Shown here: positions 39,300 to 48,866 of the stretch, piece after piece
How the letters are laid out: every line of letters starts with the position of its first letter
Numbering within the stretch: the stretch's first letter is position 1
Assembly (NCBI GenBank): GCA_031258135.1
Contig: JAIRNG010000022.1
Span: 5,689-69,688 of the forward strand
Origin: Mediterranea sp.
GTDB lineage: Bacteria > Bacteroidota > Bacteroidia > Bacteroidales > Bacteroidaceae
DNA length: 64,000 bases
Direction: 5' to 3'
Notes under the pieces: model-generated
The model's database searches: none
What the model was told of the DNA's origin: nothing
Seen by the model: only the letters and a program-made list of their open reading frames with translations
Program-made: the position numbers and the translations under genes

Positions 39300-39755
39300 T
39301 CAGCTGTTTGCAATCGTTAGTCCCTCGTGGGCGATTTCCAGCGTTTCCACTGCTACTTCGTTACCATCGGATTTCATATCCGTGCCGGTAATTTTGGTAG
39401 GCCATGCGTTCTTGAGCGTCCAAACCATTGTAGGGTTGCCGCCTTCGTCCAACAGTGATATGGTTACCGACTGCCGTTCGATGGTGTTCATCTTTATTTT
39501 GTTGAACCAATCCCAGAACTTGTTGTCCTTGGCAAAAATCCCCTTTTTCAAGGTTACGTTGCCGAATTTTTTGATGCCCGGCATTTTGATTGTTGAAAAT
39601 TCGGGGCTGTTGCCATGCCTGTACTCGATGATTTGCGCTTCCACGTCCAAACCGGAAACTTCCTGGAATGTGGCGTCCGCCAGATCTTTATCTACTTTTA
39701 CCGAAAAGTAAAACTTCGGTAATGGCCATACGTTATCTTGCTTATCTCCTGCCAT
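39300..39755 (-). CDS. Phage tail tube protein, gp19-like (major tube, Afp1-like)
   Basis: PLPKFYF, FQEVSGL, KMPG...NVTLKKG, AWPTK, VETLEIAHE. Confidence 0.95.
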   Translation of the reverse strand: MAGDKQDNVWPLPKFYFSVKVDKDLADATFQEVSGLDVEAQIIEYRHGNSPEFSTIKMPGIKKFGNVTLKKGIFAKDNKFWDWFNKIKMNTIERQSVTISLLDEGGNPTMVWTLKNAWPTKITGTDMKSDGNEVAVETLEIAHEGLTIANS

Positions 39756-39800
39756 AATGGTAATGTTTAGTATTTATTTTTAATTTGTTTAATTTTTCCG

Positions 39801-41291
39801 TTAACTTTTCTGCATTTGTTGCTGGAAGGTGATTTCAATAAATTCCGCAGGCCGGACAAGGGCTACCAGTACGGTAACGCGCATGATGCCTTCGAGAATA
39901 TCTTCCGGCGTCATGGTCTCGCCCAAACCGACGTAAACGCTGTATGCATCGTCGGGTATGGAGCCTGCCAGACCACCGCGTTTCCATATACCGTTGAGGA
40001 AACCGGAAATCATGCTTTTTACGTTTACCCATGTATTGCCGTCATTGGGTTCAAACACGTAGGCTTTCGCTGCATTCTTTACCGATTCTTCCAGCATAAT
40101 CATTGTCCGGCGAACGTTGATGTAGCGCCAGTCCAAAGAGTTGCCGTCCAGCGTGCGCGCTCCCCAGACCTTGATGCCTTCGCCTATAAAGAAACGGACG
40201 GCGTTGACCGATTTGCCGCTGATGGGTACGTTCAGGTCTTCCTGTTCTTCATGCGAAATGTTCACCGCAGGACCCGTTACCGTGGCGATGCTGACGTTAG
40301 CGGGGGCTTTCCAGACTCCCCTGCTGTTGTCTACCAGCGTATAAACGCCTGCCATGGCTGCCGAGACGGGCAGCAGGTTGAGCGACAGCCGTATTTCCTT
40401 TATAATTTCCCTGTACAGCGGGCTGATTTGTGAGAACACCTTGTGCAGTGTGTTCTGTTCCACGGACGACAGGCCTTCTTTGAGGCTGTCGATGTAAATC
40501 TTCGCCTGCGTTTTTTTAGCATCCGGCATGTTTGATGCGTCCAGTTCTGCGGCAAGCAGTGTTTTCAGGTTCTCGATATCCAGGTTAAGGAAGCTGACTT
40601 CGTTTTCCTGCACGATGGATGTGTTGATCCATGGATAATAGACTGCGCCATAGTCGAGGAAGTTGCTGCCGATAGCTTCGCGGAAGTTGTTTACCGCATC
40701 GCCGCCGGGGTCTTTGCGGTCTTTGTCTCCGCCGTAAATGTCCAATATGGCAAAGCGGTTTTTCATCACGTTGCCGCAATGGTTAAGCACGGCTTGTTGC
40801 AGCGCATAGCAGTCGGCCGGGTCGGAGAGGTTTACCGCTTCGGGGATAACCACCATCGTTGGTTCCTGCTCCTTGACAAGCGGCAGGATGCCGGCTTCGA
40901 TTTTCGCTTTGTCTATTCCGTCGGCTGTGTAGTCGCCCACGGACACGATGTAGCACGGTCCGCCGCCGTTGGCATAGAACAGAAGCATGTTGTAATAGAG
41001 GGTAAATGCGTCTTGCCGTTTAAGTGCATAGCTTTTGCCTCCAAATGAGAGTGTACCGTCTGCCTGGGCTTCTTCCAGCGTAAACCTGGGCATGGGAGCG
41101 TCTCCGAAATAGGTGCGGAACTCTGCCATGGAGGTAATCCGCCACGGCTGGTTAAGTAGTGACTTGTTTCCGTTAACTGCTTTTTCGGTGTAGCCGATAA
41201 AGGCGGGAACGGCGGTTGCTACTTCTACTACTGAATTGGGGAATGCGTTTTTCTCAACGATATAAACCCCTGGTGTTTTCATCACTGCCAT
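39801..41291 (-). CDS. Contractile tail sheath protein
   Basis: KTPGVYIVE, TAVPAFIGYT, RGVWKAPAN, WGARTL, YINVRR, RPAEFI. Confidence 0.96.
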   Translation of the reverse strand: MAVMKTPGVYIVEKNAFPNSVVEVATAVPAFIGYTEKAVNGNKSLLNQPWRITSMAEFRTYFGDAPMPRFTLEEAQADGTLSFGGKSYALKRQDAFTLYYNMLLFYANGGGPCYIVSVGDYTADGIDKAKIEAGILPLVKEQEPTMVVIPEAVNLSDPADCYALQQAVLNHCGNVMKNRFAILDIYGGDKDRKDPGGDAVNNFREAIGSNFLDYGAVYYPWINTSIVQENEVSFLNLDIENLKTLLAAELDASNMPDAKKTQAKIYIDSLKEGLSSVEQNTLHKVFSQISPLYREIIKEIRLSLNLLPVSAAMAGVYTLVDNSRGVWKAPANVSIATVTGPAVNISHEEQEDLNVPISGKSVNAVRFFIGEGIKVWGARTLDGNSLDWRYINVRRTMIMLEESVKNAAKAYVFEPNDGNTWVNVKSMISGFLNGIWKRGGLAGSIPDDAYSVYVGLGETMTPEDILEGIMRVTVLVALVRPAEFIEITFQQQMQKS

Positions 41292-41310
41292 AAAATGTTT
41301 ATATTAAAGT

Positions 41311-42021
41311 TTAAAAATAAAAAAAACTTGCGACTGTTTCCTGTGTGCGAATGGGGGAAAACTGGTCGGGCTGCGGATTGGGAATGGTTTTGCTGATTTC
41401 CCTTTCGCCGCTTTCGCGCACTTCCCATAACTGCATTCGCAGGTTGTTGTTTTGCCTTAGTTTTATCTTTTCCAAGGTGGCAAAACGGTAAATGACCGGA
41501 ATATCCGGCAGTGAAACCTGTTCCGCGCCGGTCAGAGCGGTGCGGTTTTTTTCTTCCGTCATTTTCAGACGGATTCCGGCGGGATTGTATCGGGGGATAC
41601 ACAGGTATTCGTAGTACTTTTCCGCGCTCCTGATGTTTACCGTTATTTCGTTTTGTTTTCCTGCGGCGATGCCGGCCGTGCTGATTTCCAGTTCTTTCCA
41701 GACCAGGGGCGAGGATGAGTCGTTCAGTGAAAACGTTTCATCGCCGGCGGCGGTTTGTGTAACATGGTAGAACTGTGCGTCGCGCGGACGGAGTTCGAAG
41801 CGGAAACACGCTTCTTCATCCGTCAGGTCTCTGATGTGAAAATCTTCTTTCACAATCAGGCAGGCGCCGTCCGCATGGTTGCGGAACAGGATGTCAAAAC
41901 GCGAAAAACAGCGGGCGGTCCGTGCATCGGGCGTCAGCGATACGGGACAGATTCCACCGGCGTAGTATTCGTGTTTCAAATGGATGTCCAGTCCTGTTTT
42001 ATATGTCTGCATTCTTCCCAT
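41311..42021 (-). CDS. eCIS hypothetical protein, possible cap adaptor
   Basis: Overlaps the cap gene and precedes the sheath; N-terminal I.LKHEYY motif. Function inferred from position. Confidence 0.55.
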   Translation of the reverse strand: MGRMQTYKTGLDIHLKHEYYAGGICPVSLTPDARTARCFSRFDILFRNHADGACLIVKEDFHIRDLTDEEACFRFELRPRDAQFYHVTQTAAGDETFSLNDSSSPLVWKELEISTAGIAAGKQNEITVNIRSAEKYYEYLCIPRYNPAGIRLKMTEEKNRTALTGAEQVSLPDIPVIYRFATLEKIKLRQNNNLRMQLWEVRESGEREISKTIPNPQPDQFSPIRTQETVASFFYF

Positions 42022-42565
42022 GTTTACTTTTCGCTTCTGTTTCTTTTCCTGTGATAACCGTTCCTGTCCGTTTAATTTCGCCGGCGTCTATCACGATGTT
42101 CCGTAACTTGCAAAGCAGGGACGGATGGTACTGACCGCCAAGGATGCTCCACAGATTCGACAACTCGCTGGGCTGTATATTGACCGGCTCGACAGAGATG
42201 TTCACGCTTGTCCGGGACGGGGCGAAAGTGTTGTTCGCCTGCAGGAAGGCGACTGCGCCCGACAGGAGTTGAACGCCTTCTGCGTATTGCTTTTCGTTGA
42301 ACACGGCGGCAAGTATTACGTAGAGGTTCAACTGCCAGACCGGCGAGCCTTTCCAATATTGTCCGTCCGTGACGGCTTGCCTGCTGTGGCTGATGCCTCC
42401 TGTGGTTTCGCGTTCGATATTGACCAGAAACAGATGTATTTTATTGTCGGTGGATTTATCGGGGTTTACCGGCTGCAGGGACATGACGCTCTCCGTCAGT
42501 CTGAAAGCGCGTTTCAGGTAGTCGTCCAATAGGAGTGACAGGGTTTGCAGGGTCTTTGCTATCAT
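41999..42565 (-). CDS. DUF4255/Pvc16 (Afp16-like) cap / tail terminator
   Basis: HLFLVNIERE, LNLYVIL, LSNLWSILGGQYHPSLL motifs; first gene of the cluster. Confidence 0.88.
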   Translation of the reverse strand: MIAKTLQTLSLLLDDYLKRAFRLTESVMSLQPVNPDKSTDNKIHLFLVNIERETTGGISHSRQAVTDGQYWKGSPVWQLNLYVILAAVFNEKQYAEGVQLLSGAVAFLQANNTFAPSRTSVNISVEPVNIQPSELSNLWSILGGQYHPSLLCKLRNIVIDAGEIKRTGTVITGKETEAKSKHGKNADI

Positions 42566-42788
42566 GTTATTAATTCCGGACTTTTTCCACTATATTCTTA
42601 CTAAAGGATGGGACATTATCGCCTACATTCGGAAAATCTTAAAAATACAAGCGAATATTGTCGTTTGTGTTCATTAACGGCGTAATGATAGTACATTTTT
42701 TTCAATTTACAAAATATAGCAAAATATATTTTGAAGATTCCGGATATTTTTTTTAAGGCATGGATATGTATACAAAGTTGAAAGTTGG

Positions 42789-42930
42789 GATGCTTGCGGC
42801 TATTTACGATTAGACGATTTACTATTTTACGATTGATATTACTTTTTTTATTTAGTAACTTCAATCGTAAAACAGTAAATCGTCTAATCGTAAAACAGTA
42901 AATCGTCTAATCGTAAATAGCCGCGGCATC
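42789..42930. repeat. REP-like long inverted repeat with an internal 23-bp duplication
   Basis: 42789-42836 is reverse-complementary to the 42861-42930 arm, which duplicates AATCGTAAAACAGTAAATCGTCT. Confidence 0.85.
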
Positions 42931-42941
42931 CGCGGCGTCAG

Positions 42942-43769
42942 TCACGCGTTGGGGTCGATGTAGGTTCCGCCGTTGGGTGGGTCTGCGGGTCCGGTGTCGG
43001 GGATGCCGGGATCGGAGTTGCCGTAATCATCGCTACCGCTACCCGTACCGCCGCCGGTGAGGTGACGGAAGCTGTCGAGCGTGGCGTTGATCTGGTCGAG
43101 CATCATGATCACTTTGTTCTTCACCGCGTCGTCGTCGGTGGAGTGATAGATCACCGGCAGCACGCCCGTGAAGATAAAGCGGAGTTGTTTCTGGAGCGCC
43201 GTGCGGGCTTTGGCGGATGTTCCGAGTTTTTTCCGGAACTCCTTCTCTTCACCGCGGGCGATGACAAGCGCATTGCTTCGTTGCACCAACTGATTGATGA
43301 CCGTCACCTGTTCGGTCAGTCCCAGCGTGTCCACCTTGAGAGCGACGGCAGGCGTTTCGAGCGCCCGGTAGAGGTCTTTGGCGGCGACCAGCAGCGCCAG
43401 CATGGTTGCCGTGCGCCTTATTTTAGTGTAAGGCTCGGCGATGTTGCTTACCACCTTTACGGCTTCGGCGATGTCGGCATCGTCTGTGATTCTGGCTGCG
43501 CGCAGGTTACTGTCGAGCACCCCCAACAGCAGACGAAGGTTGCTTACATCTTCGGTCAGCGACTCCGTATCGACGAGTGTCGGGTTATGTTTCAATATCT
43601 TTTCAAACGCGGTATGTGCCGCCACATAACTATCGTATGGTTTGCCTATCCCGACAGCTTGCGCTTTGGCGGGGGTGAGTGCATTTTCGACTAAGAGCGT
43701 CGAACATTCCAGCATTTCAAAATTGGTTAATGCTTCAAATTTGAACGGTCTAATTAAAGATTGCGGCAT
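42942..43769 (-). CDS. DUF6261 (HagB/HagC-like) helical protein
   Basis: All-helical pattern (L.N.E; VDTLGLTEQV..I; AR..L; ..QIN) with a Gly/Pro/Asp-rich tail. Confidence 0.65.
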   Translation of the reverse strand: MPQSLIRPFKFEALTNFEMLECSTLLVENALTPAKAQAVGIGKPYDSYVAAHTAFEKILKHNPTLVDTESLTEDVSNLRLLLGVLDSNLRAARITDDADIAEAVKVVSNIAEPYTKIRRTATMLALLVAAKDLYRALETPAVALKVDTLGLTEQVTVINQLVQRSNALVIARGEEKEFRKKLGTSAKARTALQKQLRFIFTGVLPVIYHSTDDDAVKNKVIMMLDQINATLDSFRHLTGGGTGSGSDDYGNSDPGIPDTGPADPPNGGTYIDPNA

Positions 43770-43915
43770 GATTGTAAGTTTTAAAGATGAATATTTGACT
43801 TGTCGTCATGTTAGTTATCGCGAAAATAGGTCGTGTGGTTCTTCTTTTTTATACGTCCGCGTGATTAATGGATTTTATCATGTATCTTTGCCCTCCGAAA
43901 ACAGTGATATATGAT

Positions 43916-44950
43916 ATGTCTAAATATCCTCTTTCAGGAATGACGCTTTCCGGACTACAAACGATAGTTAAGAATCTTGGTATGCCTGGCTTTACGGCAA
44001 AGCAGATCGTTTCGTGGCTTTATGATAAGAAAGCGACCTCCATTGATGAAATGACGAATTTGTCGTTAAAGCATCGTGAATTACTGAAAAATGAATATGA
44101 AGCAGGTTTTTCGGCGCCTGTGGATGCTATGCGTTCGGCGGATGGTGCTATAAAATACTTGTATCGCGTTGCCGGGGATTGTTTCGTGGAGGCGGTTTAT
44201 ATTCCGGATAATGACAGGGCTACGCTTTGTGTATCTTCCCAGGTCGGCTGCAAGATGAGTTGCAAATTCTGCATGACCGGTAAGCAGGGATTCTCGGCTA
44301 ATCTAACCGCCCATGAAATCCTGAATCAGATTCATGCCCTGCCCGAAAGAGACCGGCTGACCAATATTGTCTTCATGGGAATGGGAGAGCCATTGGATAA
44401 TCCGGATGAAGTGTTGAAAGTACTGGAAATCCTGACAGCTTCTTATGGATATGGCTGGAGTCCCAGGCGGATCACCTTATCCACCATTGGACTGAAAAAG
44501 GGGCTACAACGATTTCTGGAAGAGAGTGATTGCCATCTGGCGATAAGCCTACATTCCCCGTTGGAAGCGCAGCGTGCCGACTTGATGCCTGCCGAGCGGG
44601 CTTTTCCGGCGAAAGATATCGTGGAGTTGTTGCGTCATTACGATTTTAGCAAGCAACGCCGTCTTTCGTTTGAATATATTATGTTCAAGGGAGTAAATGA
44701 TTCGTTAGTCTATGCCAAAGAAGCGGTGAAACTTTTGCGAGGCCTGGATTGCCGTATGAACCTTATTCGTTTCCATACTATTCCGGGTGTGGACCTTGAA
44801 GGAACTGATATGGAGACTATGGTAACCTTTCGCGATTACCTGACTTCACATGGATTGTTTACTACAATAAGAGCTTCCCGCGGCGAAGATATTTATGCGG
44901 CTTGCGGTATGTTATCAACTGTCAGGCGGCAGGAATCAACTGTGGATTAA
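43916..44950 (+). CDS. rlmN: 23S rRNA m2A2503 methyltransferase RlmN
   Basis: CVSSQVGCKMSCKFC radical SAM motif, MGMGEP, AACGML. -7 element TATCTTTG at 43883. Confidence 0.96.
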   Translation: MSKYPLSGMTLSGLQTIVKNLGMPGFTAKQIVSWLYDKKATSIDEMTNLSLKHRELLKNEYEAGFSAPVDAMRSADGAIKYLYRVAGDCFVEAVYIPDNDRATLCVSSQVGCKMSCKFCMTGKQGFSANLTAHEILNQIHALPERDRLTNIVFMGMGEPLDNPDEVLKVLEILTASYGYGWSPRRITLSTIGLKKGLQRFLEESDCHLAISLHSPLEAQRADLMPAERAFPAKDIVELLRHYDFSKQRRLSFEYIMFKGVNDSLVYAKEAVKLLRGLDCRMNLIRFHTIPGVDLEGTDMETMVTFRDYLTSHGLFTTIRASRGEDIYAACGMLSTVRRQESTVD

Positions 44951-45026
44951 CATAATTTGTAAACTCCGCTTGAAGATATATTATAAGGATTACGTAGATT
45001 TGTGAAAATATAAATCCCCATCAATT

Positions 45027-46052
45027 ATGAAAAGAAGTTTGTTATACCTTAGTTTTGCTATCATAGCGCTGTTGTCTTTCTCCTCTTGTAGTGGTAAAGG
45101 GAATCAGAAAAATCCTTTCATGGCTACGTCCAGTGGCCGTCCTTATGAGATCATTGTGGTGGTAGACCTCGGATTGTGGGAGCGTCCCGCCGGCCGCGCC
45201 CTGTATTCAGCTTTAGAAATGGATGTACCGGGTTTGCCGCAAGCAGAGCGCTCATTCAAAATCATGTATACTTCTCCGCAGAATTTTGATACGACATTGA
45301 AGCTGATCCGCAATATCGTGATCGTGGATGTACAGGATATATATACGCAGGCTAAGTTCAATTACGCCAATGATATGTATGCGGAACCGCAGACGGTATT
45401 GACCATTCAGGCTCCGGATGAAAAAGAATTTGAAACATTCGTGGAAGAGAATAGGGAGGTGATTGTAGACTTCTTTACCCGTGCCGAAATGAATCGTCAG
45501 ATCCGCTTGCTGGAGAAGAACCATAGCGATTATGTCAGGACAAAAGTATCCAGTATGTTCGATTGTGAAGTTTGGGTGCCGGGCAATCTGGTTAGCTCAA
45601 AGGCCGGTGAAGATTTCTTCTGGGCTTCGACAAATGCGGCGACTTCGGATATGAACTTCGTGATTTACTCCTATCCGTATACGGATAAAAGGACATTTAC
45701 CCGTGAATTCTATTTGCATAAGCGTGATTCGGTCATGAAAGTGAATATTCCCGGAGCTAAAGATGGTGTGTATATGGCTACGGATACAATGTCCGTAGGA
45801 ACAAAAGCGATTACGGTACATAGTGAATATGCGTTTGAAGCCAGAGGTCTGTGGCGTATGAAAGGCGACTTTATGGGTGGCCCTTTTGTGTCGCATACCC
45901 GTTTGGATAAGGCGAATAACCGCGTGGTTACTGTAGAGATATTTGTTTACTCACCGGATAAGTTGAAGCGTAATCTGGTGCGTATGATGGAAGCTTCACT
46001 CTATACGTTGAAGTTCCCCAGCCAACAGGTACAGAATAATATTGAGGATTAA
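45027..46052 (+). CDS. DUF4837 family lipoprotein
   Basis: Lipobox FSSC, PGLPQAE, RGLW, MGGPFVS; lies between rlmN and pdxA. Confidence 0.85.
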   Translation: MKRSLLYLSFAIIALLSFSSCSGKGNQKNPFMATSSGRPYEIIVVVDLGLWERPAGRALYSALEMDVPGLPQAERSFKIMYTSPQNFDTTLKLIRNIVIVDVQDIYTQAKFNYANDMYAEPQTVLTIQAPDEKEFETFVEENREVIVDFFTRAEMNRQIRLLEKNHSDYVRTKVSSMFDCEVWVPGNLVSSKAGEDFFWASTNAATSDMNFVIYSYPYTDKRTFTREFYLHKRDSVMKVNIPGAKDGVYMATDTMSVGTKAITVHSEYAFEARGLWRMKGDFMGGPFVSHTRLDKANNRVVTVEIFVYSPDKLKRNLVRMMEASLYTLKFPSQQVQNNIED

Positions 46053-46055
46053 AGA

Positions 46056-47150
46056 ATGGAAAATAAGATAAGAATCGGTATCACCCAGGGAGACATTAAC
46101 GGGGTGGGTTATGAAGTCATCCTGAAAACATTTGCCGAGCCGGCGATGTTGGAGTTTTGCACTCCTATCATATATGGTTCTCCCAAGGTTGCTGCATATC
46201 ATCGTAAATCGTTGGATTTACCTACAACCTTCAGTATCATAAGTTCGGCCTCCGAGGCGAACCACAACAAGCTCAGTGTGCTGAACTGTACAAACGATGA
46301 AGTAAAGGTGGAGTTTTCCAAGCCGGATGCCGAAGCGGGAAAGGCCGCACTGGATGCATTGGAAAGGGCATTGGACGATTACCGTAAAGGGATGATCGAT
46401 GTATTGGTCACTGCACCAATCAATAAGCGTACCATTCAATCAGAAAACTTTTCGTTCCACGGTCATACCGAGTACATTGAAGAAAGAGCGGGCGGAGGCC
46501 ATAAATCTTTGATGATATTGCTGAAAGATGATTTCCGTGTGGCTTTGGTGACCGGACATATTCCAATCCGTGAGGTTGCTTCTACCATAACCAAGTCGTT
46601 GATTCAGGAAAAGATGGAGATATTTAACCATTCCCTGAAGCGCGATTTTGGTATTGGAAGACCTCGTATCGCCGTGTTATCTTTAAATCCGCATGCCGGC
46701 GATGATGGCCTGATTGGCGTTGAGGAGCAGGAAATTATCATTCCGGCTTTGAAAGAGATGGCGGCTAAGGGTATCCTGTGTTATGGTCCTTATCCGGCTG
46801 ATGGTTTTATAGGATCGGGTAATTTTGTTAATTTCGATGGAATACTGGCGATGTATCACGATCAGGGGCTTGCGCCATTTAAAACATTGGCTATGGAGGA
46901 TGGTGTGAATTATACCGCCGGGTTACCCATTATACGTACGTCTCCGGCTCACGGTACGGCTTACGATATTGCCGGAAAAGGAGTTGCTTCCGAAGATTCT
47001 TTCCGTCAGGCTATCTATGTTGCTATCAATGTATTCCGTAATCGTCGCCGTGATGATATGGCCCGTACCAATCCCTTGCGTAAGCAGTATCATGAGAGAC
47101 AGGATGATAGTGATAAGTTAAAACTGGATACGGTAGACGACAGCGTATGA
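46056..47150 (+). CDS. pdxA: 4-hydroxythreonine-4-phosphate dehydrogenase
   Basis: GDINGVG.E, TAPINK, GHTEY, NPHAGD, MYHDQGL, RTSPAHGTA. Confidence 0.95.
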   Translation: MENKIRIGITQGDINGVGYEVILKTFAEPAMLEFCTPIIYGSPKVAAYHRKSLDLPTTFSIISSASEANHNKLSVLNCTNDEVKVEFSKPDAEAGKAALDALERALDDYRKGMIDVLVTAPINKRTIQSENFSFHGHTEYIEERAGGGHKSLMILLKDDFRVALVTGHIPIREVASTITKSLIQEKMEIFNHSLKRDFGIGRPRIAVLSLNPHAGDDGLIGVEEQEIIIPALKEMAAKGILCYGPYPADGFIGSGNFVNFDGILAMYHDQGLAPFKTLAMEDGVNYTAGLPIIRTSPAHGTAYDIAGKGVASEDSFRQAIYVAINVFRNRRRDDMARTNPLRKQYHERQDDSDKLKLDTVDDSV

Positions 47151-48352
47151 CGAAGACGGAAATACAACAAGTAAAACTCAGATTCGGTATTATAGGAAAT
47201 ACGGAGACACTGACGCGCGCCATCGATATAGCTATTCAGGTGGCCCCAACGGATTTATCGGTATTGATTACCGGTGAGAGTGGGGTGGGTAAAGAGAGTT
47301 TTCCGCAGATCATTCACCAGTACAGTCGTCGTAAACACGGGCAGTACATTGCGGTGAACTGCGGGGCTATCCCCGAAGGAACGATTGACTCGGAGCTTTT
47401 CGGTCACGAGAAGGGCGCTTTTACCGGGGCTATCGGAGAGAGAAGAGGGTATTTCGGTGAAGCCAATGGCGGTACGATCTTTCTGGATGAGGTGGGGGAG
47501 TTGCCTCTACCCACTCAGGCCCGTCTGTTGCGTGTGTTGGAGACCGGAGAATTTATTAAAGTAGGCTCATCTAAAGTAGAGAAGACGGATGTCCGTATTG
47601 TCGCCGCTACGAATGTCAATCTCAATGAAGCGATCTCCGGCGGGAGATTCAGGGAAGATTTATATTACCGGTTGAATACGATACCGGTTCAGATACCGCC
47701 TTTACGTGAACGTGGTACGGATGTGGTGCTGTTGTTCCGTAAATTTGCTTCGGATTTCGCAGAAAAATATCGTATGCCCGCCATTCAGTTGACGGAGGAT
47801 GCCAAGCATGTATTGATCGGCTATGCATGGCCGGGGAATGTGCGCCAGTTAAAGAATATAACGGAGCAGATATCCATTATTGAAACGAATCGTGAAATTA
47901 CCGCTGATATATTGAAGATTTACCTCCCGCCACGGCCGGAGAACCAATTGCCTGCCTTGTGGCCGGGTAAGCATGGGCAGAACTTTGAGAATGAACGGGA
48001 ATTTCTCTACAAAGCTCTATATGACATGAAGAAAGAAATGAACGAATTGCAAAAGCTTGTACATGATCTCATGTCGGAAAAAGGAGCGCCGCAAACGGTG
48101 ATCAGTAATCCGCCGCCGGTTTCTACAATCAGTATACAGCGTGTGGACCCTGTGCATACTCAGAGTGAGGACGATGATATTCAGGATACGGAGGAATATA
48201 TTGAAGAGCCGCTTTCGTTAGATGAAGTAGAGAAGGAAACGATACAGAAAGCATTGGGTAAGAATAACGGTAAGCGCAGGGCGGCGGCTAAGGATTTGAA
48301 TATATCGGAACGTACGCTTTACAGAAAAATAAAAGAATATGGATTGGAATAG
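47147..48352 (+). CDS. Sigma-54-dependent enhancer-binding regulator (Fis HTH)
   Basis: GESGVGKE, GAFTGA, FREDLYYRLN, WPGNVRQL, C-terminal HTH. Confidence 0.94.
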   Translation: MTKTEIQQVKLRFGIIGNTETLTRAIDIAIQVAPTDLSVLITGESGVGKESFPQIIHQYSRRKHGQYIAVNCGAIPEGTIDSELFGHEKGAFTGAIGERRGYFGEANGGTIFLDEVGELPLPTQARLLRVLETGEFIKVGSSKVEKTDVRIVAATNVNLNEAISGGRFREDLYYRLNTIPVQIPPLRERGTDVVLLFRKFASDFAEKYRMPAIQLTEDAKHVLIGYAWPGNVRQLKNITEQISIIETNREITADILKIYLPPRPENQLPALWPGKHGQNFENEREFLYKALYDMKKEMNELQKLVHDLMSEKGAPQTVISNPPPVSTISIQRVDPVHTQSEDDDIQDTEEYIEEPLSLDEVEKETIQKALGKNNGKRRAAAKDLNISERTLYRKIKEYGLE

Positions 48353-48863
48353 GAAAATAGCCGGCGTAGCTGTGCTGGCTATGTCAGTATGGCTATGGGC
48401 GGGTTGTAGTATTTCTTATAGTTTTACCGGGGCAGGCTCTCTTGACTATTCAAAATATAAAACGATCTCAATAGCTGATTTCCCTATCAGATCGGATTAT
48501 GTATATGCACCGTTGGGAACCACTTTCAATCAGGAGTTGAAGGATATATTCATCCGTCAGACCCGGTTGACAATGGCGAATGCCGGTGCAGACCTTGAGA
48601 TTGAAGGAGAAATCACCGGATATAACCAGTACAATGAAGCGGTAGCCGCCGATGGGTATGCATCTTCAACAAAACTGACGGTTACGGTGAACGTGCGGTT
48701 TACCGATAATATAAATCACAACAATGATTTTGAACGACAGTTCTCGGCTTTCCGGACATACGACTCGAGAGAGTTGTTGACTGCCGTACAGGACGAACTG
48801 ATTGCCCAGATGGTGAAAGAGATCACGGATCAGATATTTATGGCTACTGTCGCCAACTGGTAA
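48339..48863 (+). CDS. lptE: LptE-like lipoprotein
   Basis: Lipobox WAGC followed by YSFTGA; conserved position after the sigma-54 regulator. Confidence 0.75.
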   Translation: MDWNRKIAGVAVLAMSVWLWAGCSISYSFTGAGSLDYSKYKTISIADFPIRSDYVYAPLGTTFNQELKDIFIRQTRLTMANAGADLEIEGEITGYNQYNEAVAADGYASSTKLTVTVNVRFTDNINHNNDFERQFSAFRTYDSRELLTAVQDELIAQMVKEITDQIFMATVANW

Positions 48864-48866
48864 ATC

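Larger units (their letters stand above)
23513..42565 (-). other. Contractile injection system gene cluster (eCIS; Bacteroidales BIS/AlgoCIS-like)
   Basis: 17 co-oriented genes including cap, sheath, 2 tubes, initiator, VgrG, PAAR, gp25, baseplates, DUF4157, tape measure and AAA+ ATPase. No capsid, terminase or TssJLM/TssBC genes. Confidence 0.93.

Noticed and set aside
23513-42565. Prophage or canonical T6SS
   Set aside because: No capsid, portal, terminase, integrase or lysis genes, and no TssB/C, Hcp, ClpV or TssNOP membrane complex. The DUF4255/DUF4157/Afp14/Afp15 set marks an eCIS-type system.
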